From the IMG/VR virus record IMGVR_UViG_3300021399_000097: 64,000 nt of DNA. One strand, written 5' to 3'. Numbering within the stretch: position 1 is the stretch's first letter; the number at the start of each line of letters is the position of its first letter. This document shows positions 22,240 to 32,671 of the stretch, piece by piece. The position numbers were made by a program, and so were the translations under genes. A model generated the notes under the pieces. The model worked only from the letters and a program-made list of their open reading frames with translations. It was not told the DNA's origin and ran no database searches. Source of the DNA: a virus (Duplodnaviria; Heunggongvirae; Uroviricota; Caudoviricetes).

Positions 22240-23445
22240 TTAGAACGCCGTATTCAACAATGTAATACCGTCAATATTAATGTCAAAATAAGGAGCAGAA
22301 CGATACTGACTTTCATGGAAATATCCATCTGCAATAGCTTCTGTATCAGGAGTATAATTATCATCTGTATCTACATCAGCCATATAAGTGGTTAATTTTT
22401 CTCCATCAAGGGTAAAAGTATTAGTATCAAATACTTTCAACTTTCCGTCCATAAAATCTTTAGACAGTTTAGTTAAAATAAGGTCAGTGTCTTTTGCGGC
22501 AACATCGTTATTAACTTCGCACATTTCAACAGAACCAAGAGCAATAGTTCCAGTCCAATCTGTGGCAATAGGAGCATTTGTTTTCATACAATTAATAATG
22601 TATTCAATATAAGGAACCCAGTTAATACGAGTACTTACAATATAAGTATTAGGGCAAGCATCTTTAAATGAACCATTATATGCAACAAAAGGAACACCAT
22701 TAGATTCACAAGCAGTAGGCATACCCATAGAGTCAGCATGCGCACTAATAACTGCGCAGCCTTCCTTCATAAGAGTAATAGCTGCTTCTTTTTCTGCGGT
22801 TTCATCATACCAAGAGCCAGTAAAGGAAACTACCATTGTAGCTTCTGGAACGATGGAGCGCACACCAAGGAAGAATGCGGTATAGCCAGAAATGACTTCA
22901 GCATAAGAATAAGCACCAACATATCCAACTTTTGGAAGGACATTTTCATTTTCAATTCTCTCTTGGAGTTTAAGACCTGCGGCAACACCGGCCAAATAAC
23001 GACCTTCATAAATGGCAGCAAAAGCATTATGGAAATTAGGAAGATTTTCAATGTGTGCTTTTGTACCAGTAGCATGGCAAAACTGAACATTAGGAAATTC
23101 AAGAGCAGCTTGAATCAAATAATCTTCATGGCCAAAGCTATCAGCAAAGACAAGATTGCATCCAGCATCAGCTAATTCACCTGCGGCTTCATATGCTTCA
23201 TTACTTTCACCTACACCTGTTTTAATCATATATTCTACATTAGCAGCCTAGCAAGCTGTTGTAAACGCATTAATAAAATTAAGGTCATAAGTTGAGTTCT
23301 CATCATGGAGACAAATCAAACCAAGTTTTAATGGAGCAGTATTTTCACTCTTGGTTGGCTCAGCTGTAGAAGACTAACTAGCTGTGCAAGCACAAAGCGA
23401 AAAGACTAAAAGGAACACTAAGAATATGCTTAGAATTTTTTTCAT
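22240..23445 (-). CDS. BMP/PnrA-family ABC transporter substrate-binding lipoprotein
   Basis: Lipobox LCAC; DSFGHE, YEGRYLAGVAAG and GSWYD motifs; N-terminus open with TAG=Gln. Confidence 0.85.
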
Positions 23446-23638
23446 TATATTTTCTCCTTTAAAAAATAATTACAGATATATTATAATAAAAAAAAATGGA
23501 AAAGTCAAGTTGATGACTTTTCCACCTCTTCTATTGGTGCAGAAGCTATAAATATTTCCTCTGTTAATTCTGCATCTGAGGAAATAAAATCATAAGGATT
23601 TTCATCCATACATATTTCCTCCTTCGGAGTTTAAAATA

Positions 23639-23947
23639 TTAAAATATGAACTTATCAAAGAAGCTTTCAAAGAGATCAAAAGGATTTCCATCCCCTGTCT
23701 TTAATGTCATATGGAAGCTACCATAATCTTTGACGAAAGCATTAAGTTTTTCTTTATATGCTTTCTGTGCAGCAAGGACAGCTTTGTAAGCATCTTCAAC
23801 TTCAATTGCACGATTTTTGCGCTGACTATCCAGTGCTTCTTTCTTTGCTTTTTCAGCTGCAATTTTTTCATCATACTCTTTTTCTGCGTTCACGCATTCT
23901 TCAACGCTTGCGTATTCTTCTCCAGTTTTTTCACTAATAATTTTCAT
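23639..23947 (-). CDS. Coiled-coil hypothetical protein
   Basis: 102-aa ORF. Confidence 0.65.
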   Translation of the reverse strand: MKIISEKTGEEYASVEECVNAEKEYDEKIAAEKAKKEALDSQRKNRAIEVEDAYKAVLAAQKAYKEKLNAFVKDYGSFHMTLKTGDGNPFDLFESFFDKFIF

Positions 23948-24053
23948 TGTAAATTCCTACCTTTACAAAAAATATTTAGAAAATAGTGCTGATAATCTCC
24001 TGCGCATTCTCTCGTTCCTACCCGAGTCTCGACTCATACTACCTATTTTCTAG

Positions 24054-24128
24054 TGGTACCCTCCATAGTAATCGAAACTATATTACATCTTTCGTAGAGA
24101 TGTGTCCTATCCATTGAACGAGGAGGGC
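24054..24128 (-). tRNA. tRNA-Arg(ACG)
   Basis: CATCT-CTACGAA-AGATG, CCA. Confidence 0.9.
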
Positions 24129-24133
24129 ATATC

Positions 24134-24210
24134 TGGCACCGCCAGCTGGACTCGAACCAGCGACCTTGCGCTTAGAAGGCGCATGCTCTATCCAGCTGAG
24201 CTATGGCGGC
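24134..24210 (-). tRNA. tRNA-Arg(TCT)
   Basis: TGCGC-CTTCTAA-GCGCA, CCA. Confidence 0.95.
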
Positions 24211-24216
24211 ATAACC

Positions 24217-24501
24217 TCACCCAGTTATATCATATGTCTCATGAAAAATATCTTCTTTACAAGGATAAAATTCTCCATGAACTCCTTTAATAATATAATC
24301 ACCAATCTTTGCCTGATGGTCTCCTTCAAGAGTATGAATAAATAATTCCCATGGAATTAATTCTTTAAATGACAAATCACTAGTGTCTACATACTTATGA
24401 AAATAAGCATCAGGACAAAAATCAATAATTTCTTTATCATTATCGCCAGTCCACTGGCATACTTCAACTACTACTGGTCTCTTCTATGCTTTCTGTATCA
24501 T
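24217..24501 (-). CDS. Conserved phage protein (PVVVE..QWTG / GDYIIKGVHGEFYPC type)
   Basis: Motifs recognised by eye; one in-frame TAG. Confidence 0.65.
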
Positions 24502-24762
24502 TTCTATTTTCCTCACAAAAAATTTTAAAAAGAGGATCATCATTAAAATCTTCAATATAACTACGGCCATATTCATCCGATGAAAGAAACATAGCTATTG
24601 CCAAAGTTTTAAACATTAAAGCATCAAGCATTGAATGATTATTCATTCACATACCTCATTTCAGCATAAATCTTTTTATCTTTATATTGCAATATTTTAT
24701 ATTAACTACCATAATTTGAATAATTAGTTTTTGATATTATTTATTACTTAAGCACAAATCTT

Positions 24763-24984
24763 TTATTCTTTTACGTCTTTTACTCCTATATATTGTTTAG
24801 CATATATATTATAACGACGCCAGGGACTATCTTTACAGATAGGACATTCAATACGATATGCCCAATCTCCATTAGGATTCCAAAATTCATAATCCCATTC
24901 ATCGGCTTGAAATATGCATCCACATTTAAAACAAGTAAATTCTTTCCTTTTTGAATGGTCAGGCCCTTGTATAATAGTAATCAT
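24763..24984 (-). CDS. Small zinc-ribbon protein
   Basis: CxxC...CxxC; similar to the 30119 and 61474 genes. Confidence 0.6.
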   Translation of the reverse strand: MITIIQGPDHSKRKEFTCFKCGCIFQADEWDYEFWNPNGDWAYRIECPICKDSPWRRYNIYAKQYIGVKDVKE

Positions 24985-25227
24985 TTTTTTAATAACTCCA
25001 TTATTGTAGAATTAGCTCGTAATTTTTTAGCCAATTTTTTGATTCTGTATTGATAAATCCATCTATTAATTGGGTTTAAATTAGCCATTTTCCAACCAAG
25101 GCAGTTGCCTTCTTCATCAATATTATCACAAACGCATCCACCAAAGTGTTCACAATTATCACAATCTTCTTGATGAAGAATATATGTCCGCCAAAGTTGC
25201 CAAACTTCCCATTTAAATTGATAGACT

Positions 25228-25506
25228 TTATTCTTTCCAAATATCTTCACTAAACAAGTCTGTATCATGTTCTAAATCATAACCAAGCATTTTTGCAATT
25301 GCAGCACCTTCCTGTCTGTTGACAAAATATTTTTCGTCTCTATCTGTTGCTACAATAAAACCTTGAACATCTTTATTTTTATCTCTATCTTTTAATTGAA
25401 GTTTTGCTAATTGTTCAAAACAATTCCAATGCCGTCTGCCGCATGCAACAATGGGGTAATTACTATTTTTTGGATATACTGCTACTGCTGAACATACAAA
25501 TCTCAT
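25228..25506 (-). CDS. Hypothetical phage protein
   Basis: GRRH..QGF..FVNRQEG..LFSEDIW pattern. Confidence 0.6.
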   Translation of the reverse strand: MRFVCSAVAVYPKNSNYPIVACGRRHWNCFEQLAKLQLKDRDKNKDVQGFIVATDRDEKYFVNRQEGAAIAKMLGYDLEHDTDLFSEDIWKE

Positions 25507-25823
25507 TCTTCATTTTCCTCATAATCTTTTTCATCGGCATCCATAATTGCTTGTCGCCGCAAATCCATCATTGTATAATTTATTGATGGATACCAACCGT
25601 TAGATTTTTTTCTGCGCTTACCTTTATTTCTTGTTTTAGCAGAGCACATAGGGCAACTGCAATGGATTTTGTTTTTGCTATATTGATGGAGATTATTATA
25701 CCAAAACCACCAATGCATACCATACTCATCATTAAAAACATGCTGAGTTTTTTTGTCTATATCTCTTTTTCTTTTGGCTTTTATATAATCTTTATAACGA
25801 CGCCAGTCTCTTTTCCTATACAT
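25503..25823 (-). CDS. Basic hypothetical protein
   Basis: KIHCSCPMC motif; RBS. Confidence 0.6.
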   Translation of the reverse strand: MYRKRDWRRYKDYIKAKRKRDIDKKTQHVFNDEYGMHWWFWYNNLHQYSKNKIHCSCPMCSAKTRNKGKRRKKSNGWYPSINYTMMDLRRQAIMDADEKDYEENEE

Positions 25824-25928
25824 TATACGTTCCTCCCAAAAGAAAGGGTCTTATTGTACCCTAGAAGCAATTTCTCTCATATTACTTTGACCTTCCTCGC
25901 ACAAGAATAAGACCCTTTATAAACAAAA

Positions 25929-26231
25929 TTAACCAATAGAAAAACTGACAAAATGCTTTACTTCTTTAGGTTCTGGAATCTGAATATATTTTTCTTTGTC
26001 AATATCATATTGATAAAAGATTCTTTCATCTGCATATCCAGATATTCCTTCATTATAAGTTTCAATTACCGCATAATTATATATTGTTTCCCATAAATCG
26101 GTAATGTTATTTTCTACAACATATTTTGCCTTATTTAAATCAGTATAAAAGCCCCAACAACGTGCACCTTTAATACCCCAACGGTCATCAACATCTTTAA
26201 ATACTGTTATAAAATAATATTCTTTCATCAT
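25929..26231 (-). CDS. Hypothetical protein
   Basis: ORF downstream of a promoter. Confidence 0.55.
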   Translation of the reverse strand: MMKEYYFITVFKDVDDRWGIKGARCWGFYTDLNKAKYVVENNITDLWETIYNYAVIETYNEGISGYADERIFYQYDIDKEKYIQIPEPKEVKHFVSFSIG

Positions 26232-26269
26232 TTTTTCTATATATATTATAGCATATTTTTTTTTAAAAG

Positions 26270-26512
26270 TCAAAGAGTGTCTGGATAATTATAGAAAAAC
26301 TTTAAGAATAAAGCTTCATCACTTTTTGAATCGCAGAACAATTCAAGTTCATCCCCATGCTGAGAAATGAGTTCACCAATAGCAACATATCTTGATAAAG
26401 TTGATTTAAGATTATAGCAATCTCCTTCAACTGATTTCAAATAAACTGCTTTTTCTGCCTGGTCAACTGCTTTTTGAAAAGCATCAATTTCAACTACGTT
26501 ATTTAATTTCAT
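26270..26512 (-). CDS. HPr-fold-like small protein
   Basis: FQKAVD..VYL...YNLKSTLS pattern. Confidence 0.45.
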   Translation of the reverse strand: MKLNNVVEIDAFQKAVDQAEKAVYLKSVEGDCYNLKSTLSRYVAIGELISQHGDELELFCDSKSDEALFLKFFYNYPDTL

Positions 26513-26785
26513 TGTGTTATCCTTTCCTATTAAAAAATGCTGGCTCGCGCACCGTGGCCTGTGGCATCAGAACCAGTAACCTTACGGTAGTCCGCCATTT
26601 CTGGTTCTACCTTATTGGAAAAGGCTAATCCTTTTTAACTGCGCGATTTAACGTGCTGAATCCCATTTGCAGAGATTCTTTCTCCTCACTTACTTGGTAT
26701 AGATAAATAAGCCGAATGTTTTTGTCCAGGAAACCTCAGAGTCAATTAACTGAGAACTGTTATGATATAACACTTATTTATCTAT

Positions 26786-26861
26786 TGGAGCGAATAACGA
26801 GACTCGGACTCGTCCCTGCTGCTTGGAAGGCAGCCATGCTAGCCACTAACACCATATCCGC
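26786..26861 (-). tRNA. tRNA-Gly(TCC), copy 1
   Basis: GCTGC-CTTCCAA-GCAGC, CCA. Confidence 0.9.
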
Positions 26862-26876
26862 ATTCATAGGCTCTGT

Positions 26877-27398
26877 TTAGAGCCTAGGCCATAATGTGTC
26901 TTTATTAGATAAAATTAAATTAGAAGTGGTAGGCCATTCAATATTAAGTGTCGGGTCATTCCAAATAATACCGCCTTCATCATCTGGATGATAATAGTCA
27001 TCACACTTATAAGTAAAAACGGCTACTGGAGATAAAGTCAAAAATCCATGCGCAAACCCCTGAGGAATTAGCATTTGAAAATGATTTTTATCATTTAAGA
27101 TTTCGGCATGCCACTGACCATAAGTAGGACTATTTTGTCTTAAATCAACAGCAACATCAAATACTTCTCCATATGCCACTGATACTAATTTACTCTGCGG
27201 GAATTGCTTTTGATAATGCAGTCCACGCAAAACATTTTGATAACTTACACTTTGATTATCTTGAACAAAATGAATGCCTAAGTCTTTTTTAGAATATGTT
27301 TCTAAAAAGCACCCTCGTTTATCATTAAATACTTGTGGGATAATTAAATATAAGCCTTCAATCCCACCTAGATTTTCTTTTATATCTATTTTTCCCAT
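26877..27398 (-). CDS. rmlC: dTDP-4-dehydrorhamnose 3,5-epimerase
   Basis: VQDNQSVS, VLRGLHYQ, DVAVDLR, GFAHGF. Confidence 0.92.
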   Translation of the reverse strand: MGKIDIKENLGGIEGLYLIIPQVFNDKRGCFLETYSKKDLGIHFVQDNQSVSYQNVLRGLHYQKQFPQSKLVSVAYGEVFDVAVDLRQNSPTYGQWHAEILNDKNHFQMLIPQGFAHGFLTLSPVAVFTYKCDDYYHPDDEGGIIWNDPTLNIEWPTTSNLILSNKDTLWPRL

Positions 27399-28273
27399 AA
27401 ATATCTCCTTAAAGCATCGTGCCAAGTTGGTAATTTATTGAACCCATTTAATTCTATTTTAGATGTGTCAAATCTACTATTCTTAGGACGGTTTGCTTTT
27501 GTTTGATTATTATATTCTTCTGTGCTAACTGGGATAATCTTAATACCTTTATTAGCTTCTTTAAAGATAGCTGTTGCAAAATCAGCCCAACTAATATATT
27601 CTCCTTCATTAGATACATGATAAATTCCATACTTATTAGTTAATATCATTTCACAAATTAAAGTAGCCAAATCATTTGTGTAAGTTGGCCTACCAATTTG
27701 GTCATCTATTACTGTAAGAGCAGTATGATTTTCACTTAACTTTAACATTGTATCTACAAAATTATTTCCATTTAAACCAAATAGCCAAGAAATTCTAATA
27801 ATAAAATATTTATCATAATAACTTTGAATCATTCTTTCTCCACGCCATTTAGTAAAACCATAAATATTTAATGGATTGCATTCATCTTGCGGAGTCCATG
27901 GTAATTCTCCTTCCCCATTAAAAACATAATCAGTAGAAATATATACTAATTTTGCATTAATAATACGAGTTGCAAGAGTTATATTATATGTTCCAATCGT
28001 ATTAATTTCATATACTTTATATCTATTTTCTTCTTTTTCTGCATTATCTACAGCAGTCCAGGCCGCACAATGAATAACTACATCTGGATTAAAATCAAGT
28101 ATTGCTTGACGAATATCCACTGTGTTAGTAATATCTGCTCTATAATATTGTACTTTTTCAATAACACAAGTTAATGCGGTCCCGCATCCGCCAACAGTAT
28201 AGTTCTGTTGGAGACATTTATGGGCGACCGCATACCCTAACTGTCCATTAATTCCCGTAATAAATATCTTCAT
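27380..28273 (-). CDS. rmlD: dTDP-4-dehydrorhamnose reductase
   Basis: ITGINGQLG, HCAAWTAVD, ISTDYVF, YGFTK, DQIGRPT. Confidence 0.92.
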
Positions 28274-29222
28274 CTATCAATTGTTTATAGGCTTCATAGT
28301 AATTATTAGTAAAAAGATTTTTAACCTCTTCACTAAAATCACCATCTCGTTTTAACTCTTCTTTTAACATCTTAATAAAATTAGTATGCGCCGGTTCAGA
28401 TGTAACACCAGTACTATGCCCATATATCATCCTAAACTTAAATAATGCAAACAATATCCATAATTTATAAGGAGCAGATTGTCGTTTTAGAAATTGCTCT
28501 AAACTTATCATAGAACGAAAAATATAAAAAGCATTTGTACTTGTATGTGCTGAACCTGATACTGAATCTGCATGTTCATTTTGTTTATAAATATATTCAG
28601 GAACATAAACAAATGTTTTTGCAAGTAGTTTTAATTTCCATATAAAATCAGTATCATTATAAATATAATCTCCCAATTCAATATCCTTTTGGAACTCTTT
28701 ACGAATTAAACAAGTCCATAAAGCAATAGGTGTACTTAATAGATGTTTTACTAATTGTTCATCAGATAAGGTATTAATACTATAAACCAAAGTAGATTCT
28801 GGATATAATGCAGGTGTAGCATATACCTGTTGTCCTTTTTCATTAATAGTTATACTTCTTCCTTGTACAACATCAATAGTTCCATTTTGAGTATATTGAT
28901 ACAGTATTTCTATTGCACCTAATGACAATTCATCATCATGGTCTACAATCATTATATAATCGCCAGTCGCAACTTGCCTACCAATATCAACTGAATACTT
29001 TTCACCAAATACTTCTGTTGGAGATTGCTCTCTCAAAATTAAATTGATGCGCAAATCTTTATTAGCATATTCTGCCAATACTTCACGAGAACCATCTGTT
29101 GAACCATCGTCAATAAGTATTATTTCTATATCTTGAAATGTCTAATTAACTAAACTATCCAAAAGAGGTCTTAAATATTTTCCTGGATTATGGATAGGAG
29201 ATATAATTGAAACTTTTGGCAT
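28248..29222 (-). CDS. GT2 glycosyltransferase
   Basis: VSIISPIHN...LVN(TAG)TF(TAG)DIEIILIDDGSTDGS; DHDD. Confidence 0.88.
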
Positions 29223-29270
29223 AAAAATATATATAGCATTATAAGAGAGAAATTAATTCTCTCTTATAGA

Positions 29271-29801
29271 TTATGGCCACTCGCCGAGGGGCATCCCAAG
29301 AGCGCCACGCTCAACGTCAGTATTGTAATAAACGCTATTAAGACCAGCATCTTCAAAAATCTCAGCCGCAATATCCTGATACAAAGTGCTAATCAATCCA
29401 TGGCAATCATTTAGATTATCATTAAAGAACTGAACAACACAATTCTTAAATACAACATAAGTCATACTAAAGAACCAATAATCATCACCAGGAGTTACAG
29501 AATAAGCATATGCGGGATTGCCTTTAAATGCTGTATCAAAAAGGTCTTTCGGAGTTTTAAAAGCAAGATTGCTTACAGGACCATCAATGCCAATCTTAAG
29601 GGTAACATTACCAAACTTCTTTTCACTAGGAAGAAGTTTAAGAAGTGCGGCAACCTTATCACCGTTATTGCATGCAAGGACAATACTTGGTTCACTCACA
29701 TCAACATTGCAAGCAATCTGAGGGTCACCATCAAAGAGAGCCTAAAGTTTATTAATATAGGTAATCCAAGGAGGGGAAAGTTTAAGTCTTACATCATTCA
29801 T
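29271..29801 (-). CDS. Hypothetical protein
   Basis: RBS AAGGAG; extends upstream through a TAG. Confidence 0.65.
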
Positions 29802-29841
29802 ATATTTGTTCTCCTTATATTTAAAAAATATTTTATTTTAC

Positions 29842-29917
29842 TGGAGCGAATAACGAGACTTGAACTCGTTCCTGCTGCTTGGAAGGCAGCTATGCTAGCC
29901 ACTAACACCATACCCGC
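29842..29917 (-). tRNA. tRNA-Gly(TCC), copy 2
   Basis: Near-identical to 26786-26861. Confidence 0.92.
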
Positions 29918-30041
29918 GTATAAAGTCTCTATTTCTCAGTAACACGAACTTAAACTGATCTGGCGCGCCTGCCGGTTTTTATCATTATTATGCCTAGTAT
30001 CTATCTAGGAGAGACTTTTGATTAAGAGTAATTAACTCTTA

Positions 30042-30116
30042 TGGAGCTGGCGGAGGGAGTTGAACCCCCAACCTATTCATTACAAGTGAATTGTACTTCC
30101 ATTGTACTACGCCAGC
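30042..30116 (-). tRNA. tRNA-Thr(TGT)
   Basis: ATTCA-CTTGTAA-TGAAT, CCA. Confidence 0.93.
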
Positions 30117-30118
30117 AA

Positions 30119-30319
30119 TTATCCTCTATATGATTTTGCGAGGTCTTCTGCATCCCAACCTTCCATTTTTTGCCCACAATCTGGACAATTAAGTCTTACA
30201 GCTCTATCATAGGGAGGGCCAAATGCTTCAACATCAGATTCATCAAATTCAAAAATACACCTACATTTTGGACAAATTACTCTATATTGCTTAATACCAT
30301 GCCTAATAATTTTAATCAT
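30119..30319 (-). CDS. Small zinc-ribbon protein
   Basis: CPKC...CPDC. Confidence 0.6.
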   Translation of the reverse strand: MIKIIRHGIKQYRVICPKCRCIFEFDESDVEAFGPPYDRAVRLNCPDCGQKMEGWDAEDLAKSYRG

Positions 30320-30362
30320 ATCTTATCCTAAACCTTATTATTTTATAAGTTTCTATAAAAAA

Positions 30363-30452
30363 TGGCGCGCCCCTGAGGTGCCGATCCCCATAGGCTCATC
30401 ACCTACCAACTGTTTTCAAGACAGTGCTCGGGGCCGCCCGAGATAAGGACGC
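30363..30452 (-). tRNA. tRNA-Ser(TGA), atypical D/T loops
   Basis: ACTGT-CTTGAAA-ACAGT, long variable arm, GCCA. Confidence 0.8.
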
Positions 30453-30455
30453 ATA

Positions 30456-30549
30456 TGGCGGAGAGGGAGGGACTTGAACCCTCGCACAGCTTTTTACACT
30501 GCCTACAGTCTTAGCAGGACCGCCTCGTCACCAACTTGAGTACCTCTCC
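30456..30549 (-). tRNA. tRNA-Ser(GCT)
   Basis: CGGTC-CTGCTAA-GACTG, long variable arm, CCA. Confidence 0.93.
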
Positions 30550-30552
30550 ATA

Positions 30553-30924
30553 TTACCAACTACTAGTATCAGTAATATCTTCACTTTCTCCGCAAAGAGG
30601 ACAGGTAACTTTTATAATAGTGCCAATTCCAGTTCCTGTCAATTCATAAATATATGTATTTCCAGCTATTTTACTATGGAGTGGAAGAGCGCACTTTTCA
30701 TAATGCCGCTGATGAAAATCATCCAATCGTTCAAGCTCTTTATCGCTTAAATGACAAAGACTATGCAGTCTCCAATAGTCAGCTTCTTTTTGTGCCTTTT
30801 GAATTTCTTCATCTTTATTCCACTCCTGGAGAGTGCGTTTCATTTCCCTTACCTGCAAACGCATATAATTACATGTTTCTTTTAATTTAGCTATCTAAGT
30901 ATCAAAATCTTCAAATGCGAACAT
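30553..30924 (-). CDS. Hypothetical phage protein
   Basis: YELTGTGIG..CPLC; start extended through a TAG to an RBS. Confidence 0.6.
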
Positions 30925-31246
30925 AAAAACTCTCCTTTAGAAAAATATGTGCTCGCCATTTTAGCCGTTCATTTAAGGCCCAGCATCCGACTTGCACTAC
31001 GGACTGTGGTAGGTTTACCTATTTTAATAAAAAGCAGGAGAAGAAAAACGCAGTTAATCAAAGCACATTAACTTAGGATGTAAAAGAACTCCTGCTGTAG
31101 ATTCTTTTGTTTCCCATACATTTAAATATATGAGAAAAGGTAGTGTCCTCCTCGCAGCCATTTTTTTGACACATAACAAAATGGTTCCCTATTCGCGAGT
31201 CTTTTATAAACAAAAAAAGAAAGGAAAATCACAAAGAAATAACAAG

Positions 31247-31318
31247 AGTAGCGGAGGTAAGAGTTGAACTTACAGAAACAGGCTTATGAGGCCTGGGGGT
31301 GACCGCCACCTCTCCGCA
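31247..31318 (-). tRNA. tRNA-Met(CAT)-like, short D arm, no encoded CCA
   Basis: CAGGC-CTCATAA-GCCTG; T arm GTAAG-TTCAACT-CTTAC. Confidence 0.6.
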
Positions 31319-31325
31319 ATATAAA

Positions 31326-31442
31326 CAAGACGCAAATTAAGAACCGATTGGAATTGAACCAATTACACTTTGTTTATCAGACAAATGCTCTACCTAATGA
31401 GCTACATTTTCTTAAAAGAAAAAAATTGCTGTGTGCGTCTTT
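31326..31442 (-). ncRNA. ACAGCAA-stem RNA enclosing a tRNA-Ile(GAT)-like body
   Basis: AAGACGC/GCGTCTT stem; D arm, TTTGT-CTGATAA-ACAAA, T arm; no CCA. Confidence 0.75.
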
Positions 31443-31801
31443 TATAATTAAATAATACCACCAGAAAGGAAGGGTAGTTTTACTTCTTACCCAGGAAGCG
31501 AATTAGCCTGTTGGACTATCCTCGCTGCTCTAGAGTTTCATATGCATTTTCTTCATAATCTGTTATCTCCTTTGCATATTTTTTCTACTTACTTTGCTTG
31601 TATTTTATTATAGTGAGTGTCTAAACCACTTGTGTTGCCCCATATCATATTCAACACACCTTCCTGTAAGGCAGATTTTAACCTGTAATTCCTCCAGCAT
31701 AAGGGCTACATATTACTGTTTTTTATATGCCAAGGGTAGTTTAGTAGTAATCCATGCTTTCTTTCTCACTTTATACACACATTGAAGGCGGTGCCAACCG
31801 A

Positions 31802-31878
31802 TGGTGATCTCGGCGGGACTTGAACCCACATTACAAGCGTGAAAGGCTTGTGAATTATACCAGTTACTCTACGAGACC
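31802..31878 (-). tRNA. tRNA-Glu(TTC)
   Basis: CAAGC-CTTTCAC-GCTTG, CCA. Confidence 0.92.
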
Positions 31879-32078
31879 ATAAAGCTGAATAATTTATATT
31901 CCGCGCTACCAGCTCTCGCGGTATCCGATAGTATTACCACTTCTACGGCTCCCTTTTATAGCCGGAATTTTGCTAGCTTTTGGTACTGTTGTATCGGGGT
32001 CTTATTGTCGTTGCCCCGCCCACTTTCGCCTGGGGTGGTAATTAAGCTTTTACGCAATTTATTATGCTTTTCTATCTT

Positions 32079-32156
32079 GAAGTATCAGTTCTCAGTTTAG
32101 GATTGCGATTCCTATTCTGTCCAGTCACGCCACGTGGAGGCTCTTCTGTTGTGACC
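32079..32156 (-). ncRNA. HDV-like (theta-type) self-cleaving ribozyme candidate
   Basis: P1 GGTCAC/GTGACT, P3 GCC/GGC, L3 TCCACGT, P1.1 GG, P4, CTGA, imperfect P2. Confidence 0.6.
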
Positions 32157-32671
32157 AAAGGATTGAGGTGGTGACCCAACCCTCGCATCGCTCTGACTAT
32201 GTGGAACCTTCTCTCCACCACAGAGAGTTTTCAACTTCACAGAGCTGTCTTTTCACACTTAGTTCCCACACTAAGAGAGCCGCCCGTTTGATTAAGGCAG
32301 CCTGGGAATCGGACCCAACTTGCTTCTGAATGCTTTATATATTAACTTATTTTTATAGCGACAGTTGCTGGCCGCTGTAGGGAGATGTTATGGTACTTAT
32401 ATCCCGCAGGCGCGCATTCTTCATAACTAGCGGTCGGTTTCCCATTTTGGCATCTTGTTTTAGAGGGTAAGCTGCTTTCCCATCCCAGTACTTCTTAAGC
32501 GCATTTATCTGGGGGTGCGCGCATAAAGACAGTTTTTTCATAATCGTCTTGGTACTGTTGAACCTCAGGGGCTACGTTCATTGCTCATGAGACAGAGTGT
32601 CACGTGCACTCCCGCAGGGTCTCATCCCCGCACGTCATATCTTGTTAATTCAAGCCTTACAACCCCTTGAA

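Noticed and set aside
26699..26785. RNase P RNA (3'-like AAAACATTCGGCTTA)
   Set aside because: Far too short and lacks the GAGGAAAGUCC P4 partner.
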